Assembly (NCBI RefSeq): GCF_001194135.2
Contig: NC_069002.1
Location: 31,849,908-31,887,324 of the forward strand
Direction: 5' to 3'
DNA length: 37,417 nucleotides
Source: Octopus bimaculoides
Lineage: Eukaryota
Shown here: positions 11,774 to 22,865 of the stretch, piece after piece
Layout of the letters: every line of letters starts with the position of its first letter
How positions within the stretch are numbered: position 1 is the first letter of the stretch
Notes under the pieces: model-generated
Databases searched by the model: none
Told to the model about the DNA's origin: nothing
Seen by the model: the letters and a program-made list of their open reading frames with translations, nothing else
Program-made: the position numbers and the translations under genes

Positions 11774-12759
11774 TANNNNNNNNNNNNNNNNNNNNNNNNN
11801 NNNNNNNNNNNNNNNNNNNNNNNNNNNNNNNNNNNNNNNNNNNNNNNNNNNNNNNNNNNNNNNNNNNNNNNNNNNNNNNNNNNNNNNNNNNNNNNNNNNN
11901 NNNNNNNNNNNNNNNNNNNNNNNNNNNNNNNNNNNNNNNNNNNNNNNNNNNNNNNNNNNNNNNNNNNNNNNNNNNNNNNNNNNNNNNNNNNNNNNNNNNN
12001 NNNNNNNNNNNNNNNNNNNNNNNNNNNNNNNNNNNNNNNNNNNNNNNNNNNNNNNNNNNNNNNNNNNNNNNNNNNNNNNNNNNNNNNNNNNNNNNNNNNN
12101 NNNNNNNNNNNNNNNNNNNNNNNNNNNNNNNNNNNNNNNNNNNNNNNNNNNNNNNNNNNNNNNNNNNNNNNNNNNNNNNNNNNNNNNNNNNNNNNNNNNN
12201 NNNNNNNNNNNNNNNNNNNNNNNNNNNNNNNNNNNNNNNNNNNNNNNNNNNNNNNNNNNNNNNNNNNNNNNNNNNNNNNNNNNNNNNNNNNNNNNNNNNN
12301 NNNNNNNNNNNNNNNNNNNNNNNNNNNNNNNNNNNNNNNNNNNNNNNNNNNNNNNNNNNNNNNNNNNNNNNNNNNNNNNNNNNNNNNNNNNNNNNNNNNN
12401 NNNNNNNNNNNNNNNNNNNNNNNNNNNNNNNNNNNNNNNNNNNNNNNNNNNNNNNNNNNNNNNNNNNNNNNNNNNNNNNNNNNNNNNNNNNNNNNNNNNN
12501 NNNNNNNNNNNNNNNNNNNNNNNNNNNNNNNNNNNNNNNNNNNNNNNNNNNNNNNNNNNNNNNNNNNNNNNNNNNNNNNNNNNNNNNNNNNNNNNNNNNN
12601 NNNNNNNNNNNNNNNNNNNNNNNNNNNNNNNNNNNNNNNNNNNNNNNNNNNNNNNNNNNNNNNNNNNNNNNNNNNNNNNNNNNNNNNNNNNNNNNNAACC
12701 GGAGCCCTGCCTATGTGTCTTATCTAAGTCTAGCGTACACGTCACAAGTTTGTGATCCT

Positions 12760-12793
12760 AGATAGATAAATAGATAGATAAATAGATAGATAA

Positions 12794-12868
<75 letters not shown>
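12760..12868. repeat. (GATA)n / (GATAAATA)n microsatellite
   Basis: Direct reading. Confidence 0.95.
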
Positions 12869-13529
12869 TGTATATTAGAAGTAGAGAAATATTAATAGTT
12901 ACATACAGGTATATAGAGTGTATGTGTGTGTATACACACACGTGTATATTTTATACACACATACACAAAAGCACACACAAAGAAGCTTAATTTTGCTCTA
13001 GTTGTTTAAAGCTGGCTCAAAGAACATTTAAATGAGGGAGTGCTGACATATGACAGCCTCCCTAGTGAGTAGACCACTACTTAGGTATCATGACATGTGA
13101 CAACCGCCATTAACCTCCATTACTAATGGTTAGTTGGCTCTCTGTATCTCAGAGTTTTTGGACAGTCAGCACTGTTGGATGTCCATCCTTTTACCAAACT
13201 CAGCAATGGAATGAATCTGTCATTGTAGAATTGGTAGTTTGTTAAGTTGGAACTAGGTAAATATATAAGAATAGAATAAAAAGAAAAACGTCTATGTAGC
13301 CATAGTTGGTAATGTATATTGTTGTCAATCTGTGTTCAGTTAGCAGCTAAAATGGTCAAGATTCTTCATTCTTAATGTCCACCCAACTGTTTAGTAGGTA
13401 CCACAAGAGGATACATATATGTATATTTTAAGGTTTCTTTTAGTCATAGTGATACTAATAACCTGGTGTTAAAACTCTATATGCGTATACTTCAGAATAA
13501 AGGTGGACACTAATTATGTTCGTCAGAAA

Positions 13530-13640
13530 CACGTGATGGCTGGCAACAGGAAGACATCTAACCATAGAAAATATGTCTCAACAAGTTTTGTCTGACCCAT
13601 ACAAATACAGAAAATTGGTCATGATGATGATGATAATAAT
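13530..13640 (+). mobile_element. Type F SINE tail fragment
   Basis: ggctggcaacaggaagacatctaaccatagaaaatatgtctcaac...tctgacccat...(gat)n, homologous to 23345-23490. Confidence 0.6.
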
Positions 13641-13727
13641 ATACAGACAATTGTGAAGACAACCTCTCTCAAGGCTAATACAAATTGCAATAAAGATAGA
13701 GTTTATCTGGTGTGTATCTGTGTGTGA

Positions 13728-14306
13728 GTGGAGGCGCAATGGCCCAGTGGTTAGGGCAGCGGACTCGGAGTCATAGGTTTGCAGTTTCGATTCCCAGACC
13801 GGGCGTTGTGAGTGTTTATTGAGCGAAAACACCTATAGCTCCACGAGGCTCCGGCAGGGGATGGTGGCGAACCCTGCTGTATTCTTTCACCACAACTTTC
13901 TCTCACTCTTACTTCCTGTTTCTGTTGTGCCTGTAATTCAAAGGGTCAGCCTTGTCAGTTTGTGTCATGCTGAATATCCCTGAGAACTACGTTAAGGGTA
14001 CACGTGTCTGTGGAGTGCTCAGCCACTTGCACGTTAATTTCACGAGCAGGCTGTTCCGTTGATTGGNNNNNNNNNNCTGTCACCACAACTTTCTCTCACT
14101 CTTACTTCCTGTTTCTGTTGTGCCTGTAATTCAAAGGGTCAGCCTTGTCAGTTTGTGTCATGCTGAATATCCCTGAGAACTACGTTAAGGGTACACGTGT
14201 CTGTGGAGTGCTCAGCCACTTGCACGTTAATTTCACGAGCAGGCTGTTCCGTTGATTGGATCAACTGGAACCCTCGACGTCGTAGGTGACGGAGTGCCAA
14301 CAACAA
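13728..14306 (+). mobile_element. SINE type C with tRNA-like head; ~180 bp duplicated across a 10-N gap
   Basis: A-box-like tggcccagtgg, B-box-like gtttcgattcc; 3' tail ...ggaaccctcgacgtcgtaggtgacggagtgccaacaac shared with 19658-19978. Confidence 0.85.
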
Positions 14307-15710
14307 AAAAAGCTGTGTGTTTGTATATATACATATATGTGTGTGTGTGTGTAGGTAGTTAGGGTAAGCCCCAGCTGTTTCCTTTTGAAGCACATCTGCT
14401 TATTCTGTTATTACAATCCAATTTGTAGTCTCAGTTGCTGCTGTATGTTAGTCAAAATACATATTAAAATTGAGAATTACTGAAACATTATTGGTGGAGT
14501 TATTGTATAACGAAACAGAAAACTGGAAATGTTTTGGTATTACACATTAAATATTCCCCATTACACATGTTCCATTTGCTAATAAGAATTGCTAAGTTTT
14601 AAATGTTAGACAGACATGTAAGGAATTTCCTATTGGAAATTCATCTGACAGAGAAATTGAATAACACAAATTCTACATTTGGATGAAGCATTTATATTTA
14701 GATGATAAATAGTATGTGTGTGTTTATAAATATATACATACAACACACACAGAGAACTGTAGAAGAAACTGGATGGCCACCACTGAGACATTATGAAATT
14801 TTATTTATACAAAAAAAAACAAAAAACTTTTAGTAGAAAATCTGAAAGAATCTCTTCATGCAAACCTAAAATTAAACAAAACTTTCAGACACTTTAAACC
14901 AATATATCTTCCACCACCATTACCACTTACCCACCTAGCCAATATGTAGGTGAACTCTTTTTTAAAAAAGCATATCTTCCGATCTCTTGCACACTTCAAT
15001 CTATTCCTAGGCCTCGTGTGAAAAGCTTCCCCTGTCTAGAAATAAAACACAATATTTCAACCACCTTCACAAAATTCATATACATGAAATACATGTTCCA
15101 CATAGATTTTCATATATATATACATATATATATATATAGATATCCTATTAGGCTCATTCATGCATGAAACAGTGTTTGTGTTATCGAGACTTGCACATAA
15201 GGGAACATGAGGATATGTTTTGAGTATGAGTGAGAGGGCAAGAGCAGAAGTGTATTCGTATAACTGAAATGGATAGACACACACTAACCATCTCTCTCTC
15301 ACAAAACTAGCCTTCCATCTCTTTGTGTCCTTGTCTAAATACAACCATCTATGCCTAAATTAGTTGCTTCTAAATTCATTTTAAATAATGTATTTTTAAT
15401 ATCAATACATATATTCTATATATATATATTGTGTATATATTATATGTATATATTAAATATATATAATGTATGTAATACATATAATGTATAATATGTATAT
15501 ATATATATATATNNNNNNNNNNNNNNNNNNNNNNNNNNNNNNNNNNNNNNNNNNNNNNNNNNNNNNNNNNNNNNNNNNNNNNNNNNNNNNNNNNNNNNNN
15601 NNNNNNNNNNNNNNNNNNNNNNNNNNNNNNNNNNNNNNNNNNNNNNNNNNNNNNNNNNNNNNNNNNNNNNNNNNNNNNNNNNNNNNNNNNNNNNNNNNNN
15701 NNNNNNNNNN

Positions 15711-15747
<37 letters not shown>

Positions 15748-16539
15748 AATATACTCAATATGATGTAATATCTAAAATAACCATTATATTCTTTTTTTTT
15801 CTTTTTTTTTTTTGGTGCATTTCTTAAAAACCCAAACTTCTTTTTAAATATTAAGCTCTAAATCCTTCTATTTAGAAAATAGACAAAATTCCATTATTAA
15901 CAGGCCAAGGAAAAACCCATTACCATAGCAAAAACTGAACCTACATCCCATTCCAATAACCGCCCCCACCCCCCTGCATTCCTGAAGATAATTTTTTTTA
16001 TATATATATAATTTATGTATTACCATTCCTTTGTTACTTCAAAAATAAATAATCTCTCTTAACTTTACAAATAAGAATCCTCCCCCCACCGTTGCCAACT
16101 TCATTCATACATTGGTTGCCATTGTTTCTTTCCCTTACTCTGGCTTGTAGTCCTGACATGTCTATATATAGGAATAATTGACAGTGTTATTTTAATGCGT
16201 GACAACTTCCCAACAGAGAGAAACAACATATATATACGTATGCATGAGTGTGTGTGTGTGTGTGAGTATATTCGTTAGTGTTCAATTATATTTGAATGCT
16301 ACAACATCTTCCTGTAAGAGCGCTGCACTTCCAGCTACGCTACCAATTTGAGTGGTAATCTACATGTAAATGAATAATATGGAGATTCGTAATTCCATCA
16401 CTTGGATCACGAGTTCTTTAACTTTTTAACTTCCAGGGTACCCTATCATCATGGCCAGCAATGTGCTCCACATATACCCTACAATGCCATTCTGAAAATC
16501 AATGTAAAAGAGCCTTCCCCTGTGCATGTGTGTATCCAC

Positions 16540-16748
16540 CCTCACACACACAATTTTTACTGCTGATATACTGCATGTAGCCATTGCTTGACCTGCAAGA
16601 AACAGTAGCCAGATGCATAAAAAACAAAAAGGAAATACCATATTGGATAATGTAGACCATGATACACTCAGCTAGGATGGCCATGACTGGATTGCCTTTT
16701 ATCACAGGTTTGCTCCATCAGGGCTGAGCCAGGAACTAAACAACAATC
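16540..16748 (+). mobile_element. Old type E SINE-like element, 3' part
   Basis: gcttgacctgcaagaaacagtagcc...ggataatgtagacc...ggatggccatgactgg...catcagggctgagccaggaactaaacaacaa. Confidence 0.65.
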
Positions 16749-16752
16749 ACAA

Positions 16753-16788
<36 letters not shown>

Positions 16789-17020
16789 CATCTAAGGGGG
16801 CGAGCTGGCAGAATCGTTAGCATGCTGGGCAAAATGCTTATTGGTATTTCGTCCCTCCTTACGTTCTGAGTTCAAATTTCACTGAGGTTAACTTTGCCTT
16901 TCATCCTTTCAGGGTTGATAAATTAAGTACCAGTGAAACACTGGGTAGCCAATGTAATCGACCACTCCTGTCCCGCCAAATTTCAGGCCTTCTGCCTTTA
17001 GTAGAAAGAATTATTATTAT
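16789..17020 (+). mobile_element. SINE type D between (ATT)n tracts
   Basis: gagctggcagaatcgttagc (A-box-like), gagttcaaatttc (B-box-like), gcctttcatcctttcagggttgataaattaagtaccag, tail gtagaaagaattattatt. Confidence 0.9.
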
Positions 17021-17291
17021 ACAAAATGGTTGATAGTTAGCAAGGTGAGACACACATAAGAAAGAAGAAAGCAAAGGACCACTGATGAGGTCACAGAAGT
17101 GTGATGAAAGAATTCTGGTCGAAATAGGATTAATGTAATATAAAGTAATATAAAGCTGAAGCAAATTAACACCAAATATACAGTGCGTGTGTTTTTATTG
17201 GCTAAACTGGCAATATGACCATCCCCAAGTACAACAACAATTATTATTATTATTATTATTATTACTATTATTATTATTATTATTATTATTT

Positions 17292-17520
17292 TAAGGTGGT
17301 GAGCTGGCAGAATCGTTAGCACCTCAGGTAAAACACTTAGCGACATTTTGTCTGTCCTTATGTTCTGAGTTCAAATTCCGCCAAGGTTGTCTTTGCCATT
17401 CATCCTTCCGGGTTGATAAAGTAAGTATCGGTTGATTCGCTGGGCTCGATGTAATCAACTTACTTCCTTCTCTGAAATTACTGGCCTTGAGCCAAAATCC
17501 AAAGCCATTATTATTATTAT
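17292..17520 (+). mobile_element. SINE type D (second tail subtype) between (ATT)n tracts
   Basis: Same head and core as 16789; tail gccttgagccaaaatccaaagccattattatt resembles the copy at 1908-2140. Confidence 0.9.
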
Positions 17521-17862
17521 TATTTATCATTTATTTATTTATTTAATTTATTTACTTCAGATGGATGTCAGAGGATGTTAAATCTTGCTTAAGGCGGTTC
17601 TACCAACAGATGTTCTGCCAGAGAAGAGTTGAAAAGAGGCATTGTTAAGTCTACTTACTGGCTACGAACCAAAATGCATTTTAAAATTTTAATTACAGCT
17701 AGCAGATTGTCTAAAACAGTTAGGAAAAACAGACTGATTAGAAATGCATGTCATTTACATTTGCAGTGTAATTAATTAATTAATCAATCACTAAAAAATT
17801 GCATGCAGTGTTGTTGTTGTTGTTGTTGTTAAGCCCTAGGCAAGCCTTCATCAAGGAGGCAG

Positions 17863-18010
17863 TCTTTTACTCATTTCACTCATTGGACTGCAGCCATTCT
17901 GGGTCACTGCCCTGAAGGGTTTCAGTCAAAGAAATCAACCCCGGTACTTATTTGTTTATTTTTTTTTTTATGCTAGTACTTATTCTATCAATCTCTTTTG
18001 ACAGATTGCA
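17863..18010 (-). mobile_element. Degenerate type A tail
   Basis: tcttttactcatttcactcattggactgcagccattctggg...gtacttattctatcaatctcttttg. Confidence 0.7.
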
Positions 18011-18029
18011 ATGTCAAGGGAAATATGTT

Positions 18030-18195
18030 AACAACAGAGTCAAAATGATCTAAAAAAAACCTTCCATCAAAATTCTATGTTGATGTTCTAAGCACAAGAT
18101 TAATGGTAAAATATTTTACTAAATGACTCAGTTTTCAAACTTAATTGAAACAAAAGTAGAGTATTCCAACAGAATTACGGTAACAAAAGGGTTAA
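18030..18195 (-). mobile_element. Truncated piggyBac-like MITE end
   Basis: Ends ggtaacaaaagggTTAA; its reverse complement TTAAcccttttgttac matches the left end of the MITE at 21663; internal tttagtaaaata and tggaag.ttt motifs are also shared. Confidence 0.7.
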
Positions 18196-18433
18196 ATGTA
18201 GTAATTGAGGAAAAATTAGGAGCTAACATTATTGCATGGCCAAAAAATCAAGGGAGACAATTCTGAACACTTTCTGCATAATTAGGCCTTCATCAGCAGA
18301 AGTTTAGTTTTTTGTCTTCACTTGAAGATATTTGCCTCAATAAATTCCTAGCTAAGAAGCAGCTTCTATGTGATTGCCCAACCTACAAAAATGGCATCCA
18401 AATCTACCTCACATCACATTATGCTGTCTTGAC

Positions 18434-18694
18434 AATGGCTAACAATGGTTATCCTAGTTACCGCAGATTCAACGATGGCTGAGAATGGTGTACCCAAGTT
18501 TCATTGATGGCTAAGAATCGTGTTACCCCATGGTTAATAATGGTTGCTCCAGTTTCACTGGAAACTAAAGAAGGTTACCACAGTTACATGAACGGCTAAA
18601 AATGGTCACCCCGAGTTTCATCGATGACCAAGAACGTTATTCCAGTTACTTCAGTTTCATCAATGGCTAAGAATAGTTACCCCAGTTTCATCAA
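18434..18694. repeat. Degenerate ~31-bp minisatellite (GATGGCTAAGAATGGTTACCCCAGTTTCATC)
   Basis: About 8 diverged units containing atggctaagaat and cagtttcat. Confidence 0.8.
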
Positions 18695-19009
18695 CACGAG
18701 AAATGTAACAGACAATTCAGGTCATAAACATACCAGACTAACAATCTTATAACTATAATAAAGAATTAAAAGTCTGGAATATCAAGTCACAAAATATGTG
18801 TGTGATATATAAAAGTATAAAAGTACACCCGACCCTTAAGGTCATAAGTACATCTGACATATAAGGTCATAGGTATAGCTGATCACTAAGAACATAAGTA
18901 TATCTGGAATATATTATCATAAATAGGAACAACTTTTGATATTTCTGACAGACAGAAGTTGCAAGCATAACGTTTGTTTTAATTACTATATGTATGTCTA
19001 TTGTTTGTT

Positions 19010-19110
19010 TGTTTAATGCCAGTTTTTCCATGCTGGCATGGATTGAATAAGGACTTATTTGAGGTAGGATTTTCTCACTGGACGCTTTTCCTGTCACCAA
19101 CCTTTACTTG
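19010..19110 (-). mobile_element. Type F tail fragment
   Basis: tttttccatgctggcatgg...gacgcttttcctgtcaccaacc. Confidence 0.65.
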
Positions 19111-19204
19111 TTTTTGAAGTAGTTTTTTTTTATTTATTTTTTTTTTACTTTCTAATTATTCCACAGGCCTTTGCAAGTGCAGAGCAGTAGAATAGGAATC
19201 AAGA

Positions 19205-19310
19205 AAGAAAAAAGGGGGGGAGCTATAATGGTAGGGTTTCGTTTGCGGGAGATTTGACAGCCATTTCTAGCATGTCAAGTGACCACACAAAGGCTCTAGT
19301 CGCCGGCTCA
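19205..19310 (-). mobile_element. Type E relic
   Basis: Reverse complement gtgtggtcacttgacatgctagaaatggctgtcaaatctcccgcaaacgaaaccctacc aligns with the other E copies. Confidence 0.6.
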
Positions 19311-19620
19311 TGAACTGAAGTGGTTAAATAAAACAGCAAGTGTTATCCAAATAAAGACCTTGTCAAAATATTGACGTTCCCTGACATTGGCAGCAGCAAA
19401 GACAGGAATAACAAATCATCGATAAACAACATTGAACTTGGAAACTTCCTGGATATGTCAGAGAGTGTTCTACAACAGCCATTGTAATAGCTGTGAACAT
19501 TAATTAACCAATATAATGTCATATATTATTGAAATCACATTAATAGTTGAGAAAATATATTTCTAACAAATAGAGTAACCATAAAGTCTGGATACATGGG
19601 AAATCACTAATATTCTTGTG

Positions 19621-20197
19621 GAATGAGCTCCCAGCTCATCAGATATTAGTCCCTTGAAGGCACGTGGCTTAGTGATTGGTGTATTTCACTCATGATCATA
19701 AAATCACGAGTTCAATTCCCAGCAGCACATTGTGTTCTTGAGCAAGATATTTTATTTCCGATTGCTCCAGTCTACTCAGTCGGCTAAAATGAATTGTACC
19801 TGTAATTCAAAGGGGCTAGCCTTGTTACATTCTGTATCATGCTGACTCTCCTTGAGAACTACATAAGGAGTATGCATGTCTGTGGAGGACTCGGCTATGT
19901 TAATTTCACAAGCAGGAGGTTGTTCTGTTGATCGAATCAATTGGAACCCTCGTCGCTCTAACCGACGGAGTGCTAGTTTATCAGTCACCTAATTTCTTTC
20001 TCTGAGGTATGCTGAAGGAGAAGGTGTATGCAAAGGAAATCACAGACATGAATCATTTGAAGGAATGCCTCATGAATGAATGTGCTCAAACTGATGGGAA
20101 TGTGGAGTTATTGCATCAGGTTCATGTGAATCTTGCAAAGCACATCAAAATTGGCATCACTAATGGTGGAAACCATGTTGAAAATGTTATTTATTAA
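19621..20197 (+). pseudogene. Tc1/mariner-superfamily (DDD-type) transposase C-terminal remnant, split by a SINE
   Basis: E*APSSSDISPL (19621-19656) then [SINE] then FFL*GMLKEKVYAKEITDMNHLKECLMNEC...GGNHVENVIY* (to 20197); matches the WPPRSPDLxPLDFFLWGxLKxKVY motif and typical GGHxE terminus; TGG>TGA stops and a 1-bp deletion. Confidence 0.8.
19658..19978 (+). mobile_element. SINE with type C tail but a different tRNA/CORE-like head
   Basis: ggcacgtggcttagtg...gagttcaattccc...gtgttcttgagcaagat, then cctgtaattcaaagg...gacggagtgctag; degenerate ~14-bp flanking direct repeat. Confidence 0.85.
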
Positions 20198-20402
20198 GGT
20201 ACTTGAATAAAATTATTGAAAATATGATGCATTTTTTTACAACCATCAGAGCACGAAGTGCGCCTCGCGAACACATGTTTGTGAGATGGTTGTGATCTGT
20301 AAACAGCTTTGAGTAAGAACTGGAAAGAGAAGTATGCACACGCAATGTGCATGTGCACACTGAATTCATAAGACAGAAGAGAAAAACAAAAATGCAAAGC
20401 GC

Positions 20403-20700
20403 ATCATTATCATCATCATCGTTGTTTAACATCCGCTTTCCATGCTGTCATGGGTTGAACGGTTAGACTGAGAACCGACAAGCTGCAAGGCTGCACCAGG
20501 CACCAATCTGATGTCACAAGATTTCTACAGCTGGATGCCCTTCCTAATACCAACCATTCAGAGAGTATAGTAAGTGCTTTTTATGTTCCACCAGCACGGG
20601 AGCCAGTCAGGCAGCATAAGCATCAGCCACACTTGAATGGTGTTTTTAATGTGCCACTGGCATGGGTGCCAGTCAGGTGGCACTGGCATCAGCCACACTC
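20403..20700 (-). mobile_element. SINE type B 3' part
   Basis: (cat)n-tttaacatccgctttccatgctg...gatgcccttcctaataccaacc...about two gccagtcagg repeat units. Confidence 0.85.
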
Positions 20701-21065
20701 TGTGTTTTTTGGTAAATGTATCTGTTAAAATGAGATGTCAGTGTTATTTTCATTTTTGCGTAATTTAGATGACAGCTTATTCACCACACCCTGTATATTT
20801 CATTTTCATTTTATCTAGTTTCAGCTCATGAGCTGTGGCCATGCTGGGGCACCGAGGATTAAAGTAAATGTATTCGATACACAATCTCACAAGGACAGAT
20901 ATAATACCATTTACATATTGATATATAAGATAGTATTAGAGTGTGTGTGTGTATAATTTGTATTGTCCTTGTTGGCTCATGCCGAAAAGTGAGAAAATGG
21001 TTCAATCCTAAAACGGAAATACCAAGAAGAGAATTACACAGGTTTTATAATTTTCAACATTTTCA

Positions 21066-21288
21066 ATGTCAGCAATGGTGGGGTGGGGGGACAAACACAG
21101 ACACACAAATACATACATACATATTCGACAGGTTTCTTTCTGTTTCCGTCTACCAAATCCACTCACAAAGCTTATGTCAGCCCAAGATTATAGAAGACAC
21201 TTGCCTAAGGCACCACGCAATGAGATTGAGCCCAGAACCATGTGGTTGGGAAGCAAGCTTCTTACCACACAGCCACTCCTGCACCTAC
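21066..21288 (-). mobile_element. SINE type A head and middle
   Basis: gggacaaacacagacac...ttccgtctaccaaatccactcacaaagc...cttcttaccacacagccactcctgcaccta. Confidence 0.9.
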
Positions 21289-21609
21289 ATATATATATAT
21301 GGTAGCTAAAACAGCAGTATTAAAGCAAATGTATGCATCCAATATAAGTCAGATATAGACTAAAAGCACTCACAAACAACACATATATACATCAATATAA
21401 GATATATATCAATCACATGACTATTAAGTATAAACTCTCAGCAGACAGATTGATTAGTTAACACGTTTCGTTGCTACAACAGATTATGTCAACTCTTTCG
21501 ATTTTAAATCTTTTTGCTCACCTCAAGGTCAGCTGTTTTCCGTTTTACATGATAGATACAAAAATACTGGGTCATTTGCTAAACGCCCAAAAACACGAAA
21601 CATTTTTTT

Positions 21610-21950
21610 TCTATCTTTTACTTGTTTCAGTCACTGGACTATGGCAATGCGGGGGTACCACCTTAACCCTTTTGTTACTGTATTTGTTTTCAGATGCTCT
21701 GTGTTTCTTTCAATTATTTTAAATATAACAAAGAATTTAGTAAAATAACTTGGTTATCATTAAGCTAGTGTTAGGAACATAAATTGTGACCAAGGTTTGG
21801 TGGAAGATTTTAATTCAAAATTTATGAAACCAAGACATTTGTACTACAGAGCCAGAGGTGGTTTCAGGCAGGTTGGTATTGAAAGGGCTAAAGGGTTTAG
21901 TTGAACAGATTGACCCCACTGCTTATTTTTAAGCTTGACAGTGGACCGAG
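21610..21950 (-). mobile_element. Type A tail split by a piggyBac-like MITE
   Basis: cttgtttcagtcactggactatggcaatgcgggggtaccacc|TTAA...CTAA|agggtttagttgaacagattgacccc; compare the uninterrupted site at 28041-28060. Confidence 0.75.
21663..21891. mobile_element. piggyBac-like MITE (~221 bp)
   Basis: TTAA at 21663-66 and CTAA at 21888-91 flank imperfect termini CCCTTTTGTTAC / GTATTGAAAGGG; no ORF. Confidence 0.8.
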
Positions 21951-21964
21951 ATATGTGGCACATT

Positions 21965-22266
21965 GCTGTACTCAAGAAGACCCACCCACCACAACTGAAT
22001 TGAGATCCTAAAATCAAGGTTCCACAAAAAAGGCATTGATGTAGGTGTTGGTGCCACATAAAAACCACTGGCGCTAGTGCCATGTAAAAAGCACCCAGTG
22101 CACTCTGTAAAGTGGTTGGAGTTAGGAAGGGCATCAAACTGTAGAAACCATGCCAAAGTAGACAAAGTAGACCTGGTGTGGCCCCTGACCCTGCCAGTAC
22201 TTTCAATCTGTCCAACCCATGCCAGCATGGAAAATGGTCATTAAATGTTGATAAAGACTGATGATG
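21965..22266 (+). mobile_element. SINE type B
   Basis: gtgccatgtaaaaagcacccag...gtggttggagttaggaagggcatc...gtccaacccatgccagcatggaaaatgg...gatgatg. Confidence 0.8.
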
Positions 22267-22269
22267 AAA

Positions 22270-22565
22270 TTATTCTATTGGTCTATTTTGCTGAATCACA
22301 AAGTTACAGAGATGTAAACAAACCAATACTGGTTGTCAAGCAGTGGTGGACAAGGGGACGGACGGACAGACAGACAGACACACACACACACACAATGGGC
22401 CCTTTTTTAGTTTCTGTTCACCAAATCCACTCACAGTGCATTGGTTGGCTTGGGGCTATATTAGAAGACACTTGCCCCCGAGGTACCACACTAGGACACC
22501 TTGGAGACCGAACCCAAGACCACCTGGTTGGTAAGCAAGCTTCTCCACTACACGGTCATGCCTAT
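22270..22565 (-). mobile_element. SINE type A, older, tail end missing
   Basis: ttattctattggtc...ccaaatccactcacag...gtaagcaagcttctcc...catgcctatg. Confidence 0.8.
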
Positions 22566-22865
22566 GCTTAATAATGCACAATAATGAATAATCACAGGTC
22601 GTAGGTAGGTAAGTAGGTAGGCTGTAGTAAATAGAAGGTCAGCCATGTTAATGACCTTCTAAAGAAGTGAAACGTGTGCAATTTCTAGCTAATATCTGAA
22701 AGGTCATCCCAATTTGTGATGAGTGTGCCAGTACTTCGTGATGAATTGCAGAATACTTTTTTCAAAGTTGACTAGAATTTCAGGTCAATATTTGGGGAAT
22801 TTAACAAAAGAGGATGTCCGCAAAATTTTTGTTAGTTGCCATCTATCATTTTTAAGAAAATATGT

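Noticed and set aside
11525-12765. ORFs of 358-406 aa and other X-filled ORFs
   Set aside because: Artefacts of reading through N-gaps
13728-13805. tRNA-like sequences with A and B boxes (also at 7122, 19658, 22866 and 30550-30626)
   Set aside because: They are SINE heads continuous with SINE bodies; no convincing cloverleaf with acceptor stem
14067-14260. Apparent ~180-bp tandem duplication inside the type C SINE (13887-14066 and ~14080-14259), and a 29-bp one at 5103-5170
   Set aside because: Identical copies sit on either side of a 10-N gap, the signature of unmerged contig overlaps
16426-16705. Two hydrophobic minus-strand ORFs resembling membrane-protein exons
   Set aside because: They largely overlap the type E relic at 16540-16748, and no frame stands out
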